This document shows, piece after piece, positions 1 through 10,400 of a DNA stretch of 64,000 bases. The notes under the pieces are model-generated. The model ran no database searches. It was not told where the DNA came from and saw only the letters and a list, made by a program, of their open reading frames with translations. How positions within the stretch are numbered: position 1 is the first letter of the stretch; the number at the start of each line of letters is the position of its first letter. Origin of the DNA: an uncultured Verrucomicrobiae bacterium (GTDB taxonomy: Bacteria > Verrucomicrobiota > Verrucomicrobiia > Limisphaerales > UBA11358); assembly GCA_963755515.1 (NCBI GenBank), contig CAVWKA010000005.1, forward strand, positions 108,114-172,113, given 5' to 3'. Made by a program: the position numbers and the translations under genes.

Positions 1-86
1 CGAAGATTTTCCCCGGTTGCATGATGAGCGACACCGTGGCAATCCTCGGCTCGCTCGATTTTGTGATGGGAGAATGCGACCGATAA
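1..86 (+). CDS. nuoD: NADH-quinone oxidoreductase subunit D, C-terminal end (partial)
   Basis: Manual translation ...KIFPGCMMSDTVAILGSLDFVMGECDR* matches the NuoD C-terminus; directly upstream of nuoE. Confidence 0.9.
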   Translation, partial: KIFPGCMMSDTVAILGSLDFVMGECDR

Positions 87-90
87 ACCA

Positions 91-624
91 ATGAACGTCT
101 CGCATATAGAACCCATTCCGAACCCGCTGCAACATCAGCGCGAGTTCGCGCCGTCCGCCGCCCTCGACGCGGAGGTGAACGAATTGCTGACGCATTATCC
201 GGAAAAGCGCGCGGCGTCATTGATGGTGTTGCACGCCATCCAGGACCAGTTCGGCTGGATTTCACAGGAGGCGGTCGAGTGGACGGCGAAAAAACTGGAG
301 CTGGAGCCTATCAACGTCTATGAGTTGGTGACGTTTTATCCCATGCTGCGGCAGCAGCCGATGGGCAAATTCCAGATCAAAGTCTGCCGCACGTTGAGCT
401 GCGCCCTCGGCGGCGCCTATGAATTGCGCGAACATTTCTGTAAAAAATTGGGTCTGGACGCCCACGCGCACGGTCCCCAAACGACGAAGGATGGAAAGTT
501 CACGGTCGAATTCGTCGAGTGCCTGGCCAGTTGCGGCACCCCCCCGGTCATGATGTGCAACGATGATTTTTACGAAAACGTTTCGCATAAGAAAGCGGAT
601 GAGATTGTCGCGAACTGCAAATGA
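91..624 (+). CDS. nuoE: NADH-quinone oxidoreductase subunit E
   Basis: VTFYPM, CRTLSC and ECLASC 2Fe-2S motifs; operon context. Confidence 0.95.
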   Translation: MNVSHIEPIPNPLQHQREFAPSAALDAEVNELLTHYPEKRAASLMVLHAIQDQFGWISQEAVEWTAKKLELEPINVYELVTFYPMLRQQPMGKFQIKVCRTLSCALGGAYELREHFCKKLGLDAHAHGPQTTKDGKFTVEFVECLASCGTPPVMMCNDDFYENVSHKKADEIVANCK

Positions 625-650
625 CTGTAAAATGCCGGCAAAATTGAAAC

Positions 651-851
651 ATGAAGACAAGTCTCAAAGATTGGCCAAAAGTATATCGAAAGATCAAAAA
701 AATGCGCGGCATGAGTGTGGAAGAGAAAATTCAATTGGCGCGAAGCCTCGCGGCAACACCAGACGAAAGATGGCAAATCCACGAAACGTTTCTCCGCTCA
801 CACGGCTTGTTCAGTCATTGGCAGAGGAAGGAATACGGTTTCAAATGGTAG
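651..851 (+). CDS. small basic protein, putative partner (antitoxin-like) of the downstream nucleotidyltransferase
   Basis: 66-aa ORF with 'LAATPDER' motif of the kind seen upstream of small NTases; overlaps the NTase gene. Confidence 0.55.
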   Translation: MKTSLKDWPKVYRKIKKMRGMSVEEKIQLARSLAATPDERWQIHETFLRSHGLFSHWQRKEYGFKW

Positions 852-1237
852 GCATGTCCGCGGCAATTTTACAAGGCGTTCCGGCAACCACGACAGACAC
901 CGGTTTCTGGGTGGATTTGCCCGAACGACAATATGTTCGCCTGATGAATTTGGTTGTCAAACAAGGCGGCACGGCAATGGCGCGGACGATGTATGGATTG
1001 TCTGACGGTTCGGTGGTCAATTTCATTTTCAGCATGACCGGACTTAAAAATTTCAAAGATGAATTTGCGCGTTCGCGCGAGTTGATTTGGAACGGCCTAA
1101 AGGTCCGGGTCCTGCCTCTGGAACGCATTTACAAAAGCAAGCATGATTCAGCGCGCGAAAAAGACATCGCCCATCTTCCGCTAATACAAAAGGTTATACG
1201 AGGCGAGAAAATCATCGGTCGAGGAAAAAAACGCTGA
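770..1237 (+). CDS. small Pol-beta-like nucleotidyltransferase family protein (possibly degenerate active site)
   Basis: Likely ATG at 770; 'VGMSAAILQG.PATT.D' NTase signature and 'SK....REKD...LP' C-terminal motif; expected DxD reads DTG. Confidence 0.7.
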   Translation: MANPRNVSPLTRLVQSLAEEGIRFQMVGMSAAILQGVPATTTDTGFWVDLPERQYVRLMNLVVKQGGTAMARTMYGLSDGSVVNFIFSMTGLKNFKDEFARSRELIWNGLKVRVLPLERIYKSKHDSAREKDIAHLPLIQKVIRGEKIIGRGKKR

Positions 1238-1291
1238 AACGCTGAAGTCATGCAAATCGTAAATCAAAAATCTGAAATCGCAAATGCCGGC

Positions 1292-1365
1292 TGGCTGCCC
1301 GACATGGATTTGAACCATGACAAACAGATCCAGAGTCTGCTGTGCTACCGTTACACCATCGGGCA
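1292..1365 (-). tRNA. tRNA-Gln(CUG)
   Basis: Reverse complement TGCCCGATGGTGTAACGGTAGCACAGCAGACTCTGGATCTGTTTGTCATGGTTCAAATCCATGTCGGGCAGCCA folds as a cloverleaf with anticodon CTG, GTTCAAATC T-loop and encoded CCA. Confidence 0.93.
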
Positions 1366-1411
1366 AATCGGAGCAGCATGAAATTAAAGAATTTTGATTG
1401 AGAGTCAAGCT

Positions 1412-2857
1412 ATGCCGCAGGAACACAAATTGATTTTGAAACACGCCGATGAACCCGGTTACACCCGGGACATCGAATGCTATTTGCGCCATGGCGGCTA
1501 TGAGGCATTGAAAAAAGCCCTGGCCATGAAACCGAGGGATCTGCCGGATGGCAAAAAATTGTCGCCGCAGGAGCAAATCCGCGAGGACGTGAAAATCTCC
1601 GGCCTGCGCGGCCGCGGCGGCGCGGGATTTTCCTGCGGCCTCAAATGGAGCTTCGTGGACCGCAAAAGCGGCAAGCCGGTTTACCTGATTTGCAACGCCG
1701 ATGAATCGGAACCGGGCACCTTCAAGGACCGCCAGATCATGTATAAAGACCCGCACCAATTGATCGAAGGCATGGTCCTCTCGTGCTTCGCCAACGACGT
1801 GCATCTGGCCTATATCTACATTCGCGGCGAAATGGTGGACGGCGCGAAAATTTTAAACGAGGCGTTGAGGGAAGCGCGTGCGAAGAATTTCCTCGGCAAA
1901 AATATTTTGGACGGCGGATACGATCTCGAAATTCACGTTCATCGCGGCGCCGGCGCTTATATCTGCGGCGAGGAAACCGGCCTCATCGAATCGCTCGAAG
2001 GCAAACGACCCTATCCGCGCATTAAACCGCCATATTTCCCGGCCGTTCTGGGCCTCTGGATGTGTCCAACCATCGTCAACAACGTCGAGACCCTCTGCAA
2101 CGTGCTCCACATCGTCGCCATGGGCGGCGCCGAATTTGCCAAACTCGGCACGCCGAATAATACCGGCACCCGCATCGTCAGCCTGAGCGGCCATGTCAAA
2201 AAGCCCGGCTATTATGAAATCGAAGTCGGCAAAGCCACCATCGGTGAATTGATTAGCGACCCGAAATTCGGCGGCGGCCTCCTCGACGGAAGAAAATTGA
2301 AGGCCGTCATTCCCGGCGGCTCGTCGGCAAAAGTTTTCAAGGCCGGCGAAACATTCAAGCTCAAGCGCAAAGGTCCGGATGGCCAGATCACCGAGCAGGA
2401 AGTGGACATGCTCGATTTGCCCTACGATTTCGATTCCCTCATCGCCGCCGGTTCGATGAGTGGTTCCAGCGCCATCATCGTCATGGACGACAGCGTGGAC
2501 ATTGTCGAAGCCCTGGCGAACATCGCGGAATTTTACGCGCATGAAAGCTGCGGCCAATGCACGCCGTGCCGCGAAGGCGCGCTTTGGATGAGCAAGGCGC
2601 TGCATCGGCTCACGCACGGCGAAGGCCGCCCAGGCGACGCGGATTATCTCGTGAAAATTGCTGACAACATTCCCGGCGGCCGGACGATTTGCGCGTTTGG
2701 CGAAGCGTGCTCGTGGCCGGTGCAAAGTTTTGTCGGAAAATTCAAAGACGAATTTATCGCGAAAGGCAAAGCGGACGAGGAACGCCGCGCCAAGGAACAC
2801 ATTGAGCCGTCTGATGCCACTCCGCCCGAGCGGAAGGAATTGGCGACAGCGCATTGA
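1412..2857 (+). CDS. nuoF: NADH-quinone oxidoreductase subunit F
   Basis: GLRGRGGAGF, NADESEPGTFKDR, GAGAYICGEET and ESCGQCTPCREG motifs. Confidence 0.97.
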   Translation: MPQEHKLILKHADEPGYTRDIECYLRHGGYEALKKALAMKPRDLPDGKKLSPQEQIREDVKISGLRGRGGAGFSCGLKWSFVDRKSGKPVYLICNADESEPGTFKDRQIMYKDPHQLIEGMVLSCFANDVHLAYIYIRGEMVDGAKILNEALREARAKNFLGKNILDGGYDLEIHVHRGAGAYICGEETGLIESLEGKRPYPRIKPPYFPAVLGLWMCPTIVNNVETLCNVLHIVAMGGAEFAKLGTPNNTGTRIVSLSGHVKKPGYYEIEVGKATIGELISDPKFGGGLLDGRKLKAVIPGGSSAKVFKAGETFKLKRKGPDGQITEQEVDMLDLPYDFDSLIAAGSMSGSSAIIVMDDSVDIVEALANIAEFYAHESCGQCTPCREGALWMSKALHRLTHGEGRPGDADYLVKIADNIPGGRTICAFGEACSWPVQSFVGKFKDEFIAKGKADEERRAKEHIEPSDATPPERKELATAH

Positions 2858-2862
2858 TTGCA

Positions 2863-4548
2863 ATGTCCACAACAGCCACAACTGAAACCAGGCCCGCCCC
2901 CGTGATTGAAAAAATCAAGGTGAAGGTGGATGGCCGTGAAATCGACGTGCCCAAAACGACGCCCGACCCGATTTCCGGCAGGCAGATTCCCACCACGATG
3001 ATCCAGGCCGCCGCGCAGATCGCCGTGGACGTGCCGCATTATTGTTACCATCCCAAACTGCCCGTCGCCGGCAATTGCCGCATGTGCCTCGTCGAGTTCG
3101 GCACCCCGGCCCTCGGCCCGGACCGCAAGCCGATTATAAATCCCGACGGCACGCCGAAAATCGCCAAATCGCCGCGCCCCGCCATTGCCTGCGCCACGCC
3201 GATTTCGCCCGGCATGGAAATCTATACTGATACGCCCGCCGTCAAACAAATGCGTCAGGGCGTTTTGGAGTTTCTCCTCATCAATCATCCGCTCGATTGC
3301 CCCATCTGCGACCAGGCCGGCGAATGCAAGCTGCAGGAATACTCGGTGGATTACGGCCAGAGCGCCAGCCGCTTTGTCGAACCCAAAGTTCACAAGCCCA
3401 AAGCCGTTGACCTGGGACCGCGCATCGTTCTCGACGACGAGCGTTGCATCCTCTGCACCCGCTGCATCCGGTTCTCGCGTGACATCGCGGGAGATGATGC
3501 GCTGGGAATCGTCAATCGCGGCAGCTATAACACGCTGACAGCCTATCCCGGAAAAGTTTTCGACAACAATTACACGCTCAACACGGTGGATATCTGCCCG
3601 GTTGGCGCGCTGACGTCCAAGGATTTTCGCTTCCAGATGCGGGTTTGGTTCCTCAAGGAAACCAGGAGCCTCTGCACCAGTTGCGCCACCGGATGCAACA
3701 TCATCATCGGCTCGCGTGAAGAAAAAATATACCGCTACGAGCCGCGCCAGAACGACGCCGTTAATTCCTGCTGGATGTGCGACGCGGGCCGGTTGAATTA
3801 CAAATGGGTCGGCCGCGTTGACCGCCTGAAGGACGTAATCGTGCGGGGGCAAAAATCTGTCTGGACCGTCGCGCTCAACGAAATTGCGGACAAACTCAAG
3901 AATGCGCCGCCCGGTTCCACGGCCATCATCGCTTCGGCGCGGCAGACAAATGAGGAACTTTGGCTTTTAAGCAAATTGAAGGCGAAACTTGGCGCGGTCA
4001 GCGATTCGATCCCGCGCATGGCCGAAGGCGACAAGCTGCTCGTCAGTCCCGATAAAAATCCGAACACGAACGGCGCCCGGCTCACGGGAATCTGTTTTAC
4101 CGAGATGGGAAATAACCTGCCGCAAATCGCCGATGGCATCGAGAGCGGCAAAATCAAAACCCTGATCGTCTTCGGTGAAGACGTGACCAAATACGGCATC
4201 AGTCCCGTTTTGCTCGACAAATTGGAGACGCTCATCGTCAGCGATATTCTGCAGAATGCCACGACCGGGCTGGCGCATTATCTGTTGCCCGGCTGCGCCC
4301 ATGCGGAGAAGCGCGGCACGTTCACCAATGCAAAAGGGCGCGTTCAAAAATTCATGAAGGCATGCGAGCCGCCGGGCGATGCGCGGCCTGAATGGGAATT
4401 CTTGCATGACTTGGTGTATAACGTCACCGGCCAGAATGGGTTTCTCACCATCGAAGGTTTGTTCAATGAAATGGCCAGGGAAACGCCTGCGTTCCAGGAT
4501 TTGACGTGGGCCGGCCTCGGCGATTCCGGCACAACCGTAAAGATTTAA
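2863..4548 (+). CDS. nuoG: NADH-quinone oxidoreductase subunit G (short form)
   Basis: HYCYHPKL..AGNCRMCLVE, HPLDCPICDQAGEC and CILCTRCIRF motifs. Confidence 0.95.
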   Translation: MSTTATTETRPAPVIEKIKVKVDGREIDVPKTTPDPISGRQIPTTMIQAAAQIAVDVPHYCYHPKLPVAGNCRMCLVEFGTPALGPDRKPIINPDGTPKIAKSPRPAIACATPISPGMEIYTDTPAVKQMRQGVLEFLLINHPLDCPICDQAGECKLQEYSVDYGQSASRFVEPKVHKPKAVDLGPRIVLDDERCILCTRCIRFSRDIAGDDALGIVNRGSYNTLTAYPGKVFDNNYTLNTVDICPVGALTSKDFRFQMRVWFLKETRSLCTSCATGCNIIIGSREEKIYRYEPRQNDAVNSCWMCDAGRLNYKWVGRVDRLKDVIVRGQKSVWTVALNEIADKLKNAPPGSTAIIASARQTNEELWLLSKLKAKLGAVSDSIPRMAEGDKLLVSPDKNPNTNGARLTGICFTEMGNNLPQIADGIESGKIKTLIVFGEDVTKYGISPVLLDKLETLIVSDILQNATTGLAHYLLPGCAHAEKRGTFTNAKGRVQKFMKACEPPGDARPEWEFLHDLVYNVTGQNGFLTIEGLFNEMARETPAFQDLTWAGLGDSGTTVKI

Positions 4549-5609
4549 TGGACTGGAATTTCATCATCTTTAGCGTCGTCAAAGTCGCGATTGTCATCGG
4601 GGCAGTGCAAACATTTGCCGCGTATGCCGTCCTGGCCGAGCGGAAGATTTCGGCCTGGATCCAGGACCGCGTTGGCCCCAATCGCGTCGCGCCGCCGTTT
4701 GTGAAATACATCCCCGTCCTCGGCCCGCTCCTCACCCGCTGGGGAATTTTTCAACCGCTGGCGGACGGCTTGAAATTCATCCTCAAAGAGGATTTTACCC
4801 CGGCGAATGTGCGCAAGGCCTATTTCTGGCTGGCCCCGGCCATTTCCATCATTCCCGCCACCATCGTCGTTGCCGTGATTCCTTTCGGCTCCTATCTCGG
4901 ACATCAGAAAATGGTGATCGCGGACTTGAACGTTGGAATTCTTTATACCTTCGGCATCGTTTCGCTCGGTGTTTACGGAATCGTCCTGGCGGGCTACGCC
5001 GCCAATTCAAAGTACCCGTTCCTCGGCGGCATTCGTTCGAGCGCACAGATGATTTCGTATGAAATTTCGATGGGCATGAGCGTGATTCCCGTTTTTCTCA
5101 TCGCCAGCACATTGAATTTGAGCCAGGTCGTCAACTGGCAGGCGCAACACGGCTGGCTCGTGATTTACGCGCCGCTGTCGTTCATCATCTTCCTCATCGC
5201 CGGCTTTGCCGAAACCAATCGCCTGCCATTCGACTTGCCGGAAGCCGAAACCGAATTGGTCGGGGGCTATCACACCGAATACAGCTCGATGAAATTCGCG
5301 CTGTTTTTCCTCGCGGAATACTCCAACATGGTCGCCGCGTCGGGCATGATGGTGACCCTGTTTTTTGGCGGTTGGTCGCTGCCGTTTTGGGGACTGGACC
5401 AGCCGGCGCATACTCTCGGCATCGGCATCGCGCAGATCGTCGTTTTCATCGTCAAGATGGCCGTGCTGATGACGCTGTTCATCTGGGTGCGCTGGATGTT
5501 TCCGCGTTTCCGTTACGACCAACTGATGGATTTGGGCTGGCGGCGGATGGTGCCGTTCGCCCTGGCGAATATTTTAATCACAGCGATCGTGCTGTGGGCT
5601 GTTGCTTGA
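4548..5609 (+). CDS. nuoH: NADH-quinone oxidoreductase subunit H
   Basis: ERKISAWIQDRVGPN and ETNRLPFDLPEAE motifs; TAATG overlap with nuoG. Confidence 0.96.
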   Translation: MDWNFIIFSVVKVAIVIGAVQTFAAYAVLAERKISAWIQDRVGPNRVAPPFVKYIPVLGPLLTRWGIFQPLADGLKFILKEDFTPANVRKAYFWLAPAISIIPATIVVAVIPFGSYLGHQKMVIADLNVGILYTFGIVSLGVYGIVLAGYAANSKYPFLGGIRSSAQMISYEISMGMSVIPVFLIASTLNLSQVVNWQAQHGWLVIYAPLSFIIFLIAGFAETNRLPFDLPEAETELVGGYHTEYSSMKFALFFLAEYSNMVAASGMMVTLFFGGWSLPFWGLDQPAHTLGIGIAQIVVFIVKMAVLMTLFIWVRWMFPRFRYDQLMDLGWRRMVPFALANILITAIVLWAVA

Positions 5610-5610
5610 T

Positions 5611-6174
5611 ATGGCAATCATTGTAAATCGCAGACCATTGACGTTTTGGGAAAAGCTTTATCTGCCGGCGATTGTCGGCGGCCTCAAGGTGACCGCGCGG
5701 CATTTGGTCGGGTCGCTTTTTGGCGGCAAGACCGTCACCATGGAATATCCCGAACAGAAATGGTCCGTGCCGGAGGGTTACCGCGGCGCGCCCTACCTCG
5801 TGAAGGATCAGGAGGGCAAGACTAAATGCGTCTCCTGCCAGCTTTGTGAATTTGTCTGCCCGCCCAAGGCCATCAAAATTTATCCGCCCGGACCGTCCGG
5901 CCAGACCGCCGACCGTCCCAATGCCGAAAAAATGCCCGAAGACTTTCAAATCAATTTTCTGCGCTGCATTTATTGCGGCCTTTGTCAGGAAGTTTGTCCC
6001 GAAGAAGCCATCTTCCTGCTGAAGGATTATTCCATCACCGGTTTGACACGCCAGGAACTGGTCTATGACAAGGAAAAACTCCTCGCCCTCGGCGGCACTC
6101 ATGCCGGCATCCAGAAATGGAAACATAAACTGGAGGAAGCGGAGGAACAGGAATCGTTCCCGGTCAAAGATTAA
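5611..6174 (+). CDS. nuoI: NADH-quinone oxidoreductase subunit I
   Basis: Two CxxCxxCxxxCP 4Fe-4S motifs. Confidence 0.95.
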   Translation: MAIIVNRRPLTFWEKLYLPAIVGGLKVTARHLVGSLFGGKTVTMEYPEQKWSVPEGYRGAPYLVKDQEGKTKCVSCQLCEFVCPPKAIKIYPPGPSGQTADRPNAEKMPEDFQINFLRCIYCGLCQEVCPEEAIFLLKDYSITGLTRQELVYDKEKLLALGGTHAGIQKWKHKLEEAEEQESFPVKD

Positions 6175-6182
6175 AATTGCAA

Positions 6183-6689
6183 ATGGACCTCGTTGACATT
6201 TTATTTTATGTCTTCGCCGCCCTCACCTTGGGGTGTGGCCTCCTCGTCGTCGCCAATCCCTTGAGCCGCAATCCCGTCACCAGCGCCATGTTCCTGGTCT
6301 TGACCATCATTTCCATGGCCGGTTTGTTCGTCCTCCTCCATGCGTTCTTCCTCGCCGCCGTCCAGATTCTCGTCTATGCGGGCGCCGTTATCGTCCTCTT
6401 CCTGTTCGTCATCATGCTGCTGGATTTGAAGGCCGAGGTCCGCCGAAAGATAAAAATTTACGGCCTCATCGCGGGCCTCATTTCCGTCGGCGCAATCCTC
6501 GCCCTCTTTTTCAAAAATTTAATTTCAACCCCGCTCAACGCCAGTCCATCGCCAACCATCGAAGGCACCACCGAAGCGCTCGGAAAATTATTATTCACCG
6601 GCTATGTCCTGCCGTTTGAAGTCGTTTCGGTGCTGCTGCTGGTGGCGATGATCGGCGTGATTTTGTTGAGCAGAAAAAACCTGGAATAA
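6183..6689 (+). CDS. nuoJ: NADH-quinone oxidoreductase subunit J
   Basis: QILVYAGAVIVLFLFVIML and YVLPFE motifs. Confidence 0.95.
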   Translation: MDLVDILFYVFAALTLGCGLLVVANPLSRNPVTSAMFLVLTIISMAGLFVLLHAFFLAAVQILVYAGAVIVLFLFVIMLLDLKAEVRRKIKIYGLIAGLISVGAILALFFKNLISTPLNASPSPTIEGTTEALGKLLFTGYVLPFEVVSVLLLVAMIGVILLSRKNLE

Positions 6690-6691
6690 AA

Positions 6692-6997
6692 ATGCACGTG
6701 GGACTTGAACAATACCTGACGGTCAGTTTCCTGCTGTTTGCGCTCGGTTTATTGGGCGTCATCATGCGGCGAAACCTCCTGGTGATTTACATGTCACTGG
6801 AGCTGATGCTGAATGCGGCCAACCTGGCGCTGGTGGCATTCTCCCGTTTCAACAACAAGCTGGATGGACAGGTGTTGGTGTTCTTCATCATCACCGTCGC
6901 CGCGGCGGAGGTTTCAGTCGGACTCGCGCTCATCGTGGCGCTCTATCGCCGCCGGCAATCCGCGCATGTTGAAGATTTGACGGGATTGAAACTGTAA
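6692..6997 (+). CDS. nuoK: NADH-quinone oxidoreductase subunit K
   Basis: SLELMLNA and VAAAEVSVGLA motifs. Confidence 0.96.
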   Translation: MHVGLEQYLTVSFLLFALGLLGVIMRRNLLVIYMSLELMLNAANLALVAFSRFNNKLDGQVLVFFIITVAAAEVSVGLALIVALYRRRQSAHVEDLTGLKL

Positions 6998-8863
6998 TGC
7001 AACACGAACTTTTTCCCTGGCTGATTTTGTTCCTGCCGCTGTTTGCTGCGGCGGCCATTACGCTTTTCACTCTGCGATCCCGCGCGCTCAGCGCGTTCCT
7101 TTCCATCGGCGCCATTGTCACCGGATTTATTCTGTCGGTTATTTTCATCAATGCCAATGGCTGGCACCTGACCGCAGATATTCTCCAGGACCTGGCTGTC
7201 CATCGGCAGTCTGCAAATTGATTGGGGACTCAAGTTGGACGCCTTAAGCATGATGATGCTTCTGGTCGTCACCGGCGTCGGCGGCGCCATCCATATCTAT
7301 TCCATTGGCTACATGCACGAAGACAACGGGTTCTCCCGCTTTTTCGCCTGCTTGAGTCTGTTCACTTTTTCGATGCTCGGCATCGTCCTGGCGAATAATT
7401 TCATCGAGTTGTTTATTTGCTGGGAATTGGTCGGCGTCTCCAGCTACCTCCTCATCGGGTTTTGGTTTGAGCGTCCCAGCGCGGGCGATGCCGCCAAAAA
7501 AGCGTTCATTGTGAACCGCCTCGGCGATTTCGGGTTCCTGCTTGGCATCTTGATGGTTTGGGGCCTGCTGGGCACGCTGAATTTTTCCGGTTTGCACAGG
7601 CAACTTTCGGCAAACCCTGACGCCCTCGGCATCTCCGCTACCCTCGCCGGACTTTTGGTTTTCTGCGGCGCGGTCGGAAAATCCGCGCAATTCCCGCTGC
7701 ACGTGTGGCTGCCGGACGCCATGGAAGGCCCAACGCCGGTTTCCGCGCTCATCCATGCCGCGACGATGGTGGCCGCAGGTGTTTATATGCTTTGCCGGAT
7801 TTTCTTTTTGCTCAATCCCGACGCGCTTCACGTCATCGCTTATATCGGCGGATTCACCTCGTTGCTCGCCGCGCTCATCGCCGTTCAGCAGGACGACATC
7901 AAACGCATTATCGCCTACTCGACGCTTTCGCAACTCGGTTACATGGTCATGGCCGTCGGCCTTTCCGGCCCCACCGCCGCGATGTTTCATCTGACGACGC
8001 ACGCCTTCTTCAAAGCATTGCTGTTCTTAAGCGCCGGCTCGGTGATCATCGCCCTCCATCACGAACAGAACATTTGGAAGATGGGCAACCTGCGAAATAA
8101 AATGCCGATCACGTTCTGGACGTTTCTCGCCGGCGCCCTCGCGCTTTCGGGCATGTGGCCTTTCGCCGGCTTTTTCAGCAAGGACAGCATCCTCGCGCAA
8201 GCCCTCGCGCAGCATGATTATATCCTCTTTGCCGACGGCGCGCTCGTCGCCGGACTGACCACGTTTTACATATTCCGGCTCTTCTTCGTCGTTTTCCTGG
8301 GCAAAGAAAAATCCGAAGGCGTTTCGCATGCGCACGAATCGCCGTCAGTCATGACCTTGCCCCTGATTGTCCTGGCCGTCTTCAGCTTCATCGGCGGATT
8401 CATCGGCATCGAAGGCGTTTATTCCGGCATGTTTGTCGGTGAATCCGGGAACTCCACTGGCTTTGCCGCCGCAATTTTCGAGCCATTCATTCATTCGCCT
8501 TTGGCAGCGTCTCTCGGGTTGTGTTTGGTCGCCATCGGCTTCTTTGCCGCACTCTCGCTTTATGCCAAAGCCGATAAAGACCCCTTGCCGGAAAAACTCG
8601 GCGCTCTGGCGACGGCGATGAAAAATAAATTCTATTTCGACGAACTTTACGAAGCCACGTTTGTCCGCGCGCACGATTTTATCGCGGCGGTGATGGATTG
8701 GATTGACCGCTGGCTGGTCGAAGGATTTTGCATCGGCCTCATTCGCGGCGGCACGGACTTGACCGGCCGCGCGTTGCGCCTCGTGCAAACCGGCAACCTC
8801 CAGACCTACGCCTTTTTCTTCGTCCTCGGCGTGGCCGTGGTGCTGTGGCTCGTATTGAAATAA
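6997..8863 (+). CDS. nuoL: NADH-quinone oxidoreductase subunit L (one frameshift near 7180, probably sequencing error)
   Basis: N-part 6997-7221 plus main part 7235-8863 with KSAQFPLHVWLPDAMEGPTPVSALIHAATMV. Confidence 0.93.
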
Positions 8864-8864
8864 G

Positions 8865-10400
8865 ATGTCCATTTTAACCTATATTTTCGGCTGGCCGCTG
8901 GTGGCGGCCCTGGCGCTGATTTTCGTGCCGCGCAATTATCGGGTCGTCGTCCGCGCCATCGCCGTGCTGGCCACGTTGATTTCCGCCGCGCTGGCGGTGA
9001 AGATGTTTTGCGAGTTTGTGCCGGGCGCCAACGGCTACCAGTTCGAGCAGCAAATCCCCTGGGTGGATTCTCTCGGCATCAGCTACCACGTCGGCGTGGA
9101 CGGCCTTAACGTCGGCCTGATTCTCATGGGCGCCATTGTCGCCTTCGCCGCCGCCTGCTGCTCATGGGAAATCCAGACCCGCGAGAAGGAATTTTACATC
9201 CTCCTGTTGTTGATGAGCGGCGGCATCCTCGGCGCGTTCGCGTCGCTCGATTTATTCTTCTTTTATTTCCTGCACGAATTGGCGCTGGTGCCGACGTTCA
9301 TCATGATTGGCGTGTGGGGCCGCGGCGAACGCAAGAATTACGCGACCTTCCAGATCACGATTTACCTGAGCATCGGCGCGTTGCTCGCCCTCATCGGACT
9401 GATTGCGCTCTATCTGCAATCGGGCGCGAATACCTTCGATATCCCGGCGTTGATTGAGCACGCCAAAACGAACCCCATGACCGCCCACGCGCAAAACATC
9501 ATCTTCCCTCTGTTGCTGTTCGGCTTTGGCATTTTGGTCTCGCTTTGGCCATTTCATTCATGGGCCCCCCTCGGCTACGGTTCCGCGCCGTCGCCAACCG
9601 CGATGATTCACGCCGGCATCCTGAAAAAATTCGGCCTGTACGGTTTGATCCGCATCGCCCTGCCCCTGATGCCCCAGGCGGCCCATGCTTGGACGCATTT
9701 TGTCGCCTGGCTTTGCCTGGGCAACATTCTCTACGTCGGCTGGGTCGCCATGCGCCAGCGCGATCTGAACCTGCTCATCGGCAATTCCAGCGTCGCCCAC
9801 ATGGGCTTTATTTTCCTCGGCATCGCCAGCCTGAACCTGATCGGCATCACCGGCGCGGTCTTCATCATGGTGGCGCATGGGTTCCTGGCCGCCCTCACGT
9901 TCGCGTTGAGCGGCTATATCTATCAAAAAACCGGCACCCTCCAGATGAGCGAACTGGGAGGCCTCTGCCGCAAGCTCCGCTTCATCGGTACGGCGTTGCT
10001 CATGGCGGCAATGGCCGGGTGCGGCCTGCCCGGCTTCGCCAATTTCGTCGGCGAAATCACCGTGTTCTTCGGCGCCTGGAACGAATTTCCCGTCGTGGTC
10101 GTCCTGGCCGTCTGGGGCGGCCTGGTCATCGGCGGCATTTACATGACGCGCGCCGTGCGAACCATTCTGCACGGCCCGCTTCCGGCAAAATATTCCAATC
10201 TGGCCGATGCCACCAATTCGTGGCGCAGGCTGCCCTACGCCCTGTTGCTGGCCGCCTTGCTCGTCTTCGGCTTTTTCCCGAAATTGCTCACCAATCAGAT
10301 TGAGCCGGACGCCGGCAAAATCGTGAGCATGGCCAATCCCATGCCCGGCATGGCGGTGCTTTCCGAAACGCAAAATCCCAAAGCCGACAGCCGAAATTGA
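8865..10400 (+). CDS. nuoM: NADH-quinone oxidoreductase subunit M
   Basis: WPFHSWAP and SSVAHMGF motifs; operon order. Confidence 0.95.
   Translation: MSILTYIFGWPLVAALALIFVPRNYRVVVRAIAVLATLISAALAVKMFCEFVPGANGYQFEQQIPWVDSLGISYHVGVDGLNVGLILMGAIVAFAAACCSWEIQTREKEFYILLLLMSGGILGAFASLDLFFFYFLHELALVPTFIMIGVWGRGERKNYATFQITIYLSIGALLALIGLIALYLQSGANTFDIPALIEHAKTNPMTAHAQNIIFPLLLFGFGILVSLWPFHSWAPLGYGSAPSPTAMIHAGILKKFGLYGLIRIALPLMPQAAHAWTHFVAWLCLGNILYVGWVAMRQRDLNLLIGNSSVAHMGFIFLGIASLNLIGITGAVFIMVAHGFLAALTFALSGYIYQKTGTLQMSELGGLCRKLRFIGTALLMAAMAGCGLPGFANFVGEITVFFGAWNEFPVVVVLAVWGGLVIGGIYMTRAVRTILHGPLPAKYSNLADATNSWRRLPYALLLAALLVFGFFPKLLTNQIEPDAGKIVSMANPMPGMAVLSETQNPKADSRN

Noticed and set aside
6997..7240. 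nuoL split as pseudogene or programmed frameshift
   Set aside because: Single indel in an otherwise intact operon with no slippery site evident; many similar indels elsewhere point to sequencing error
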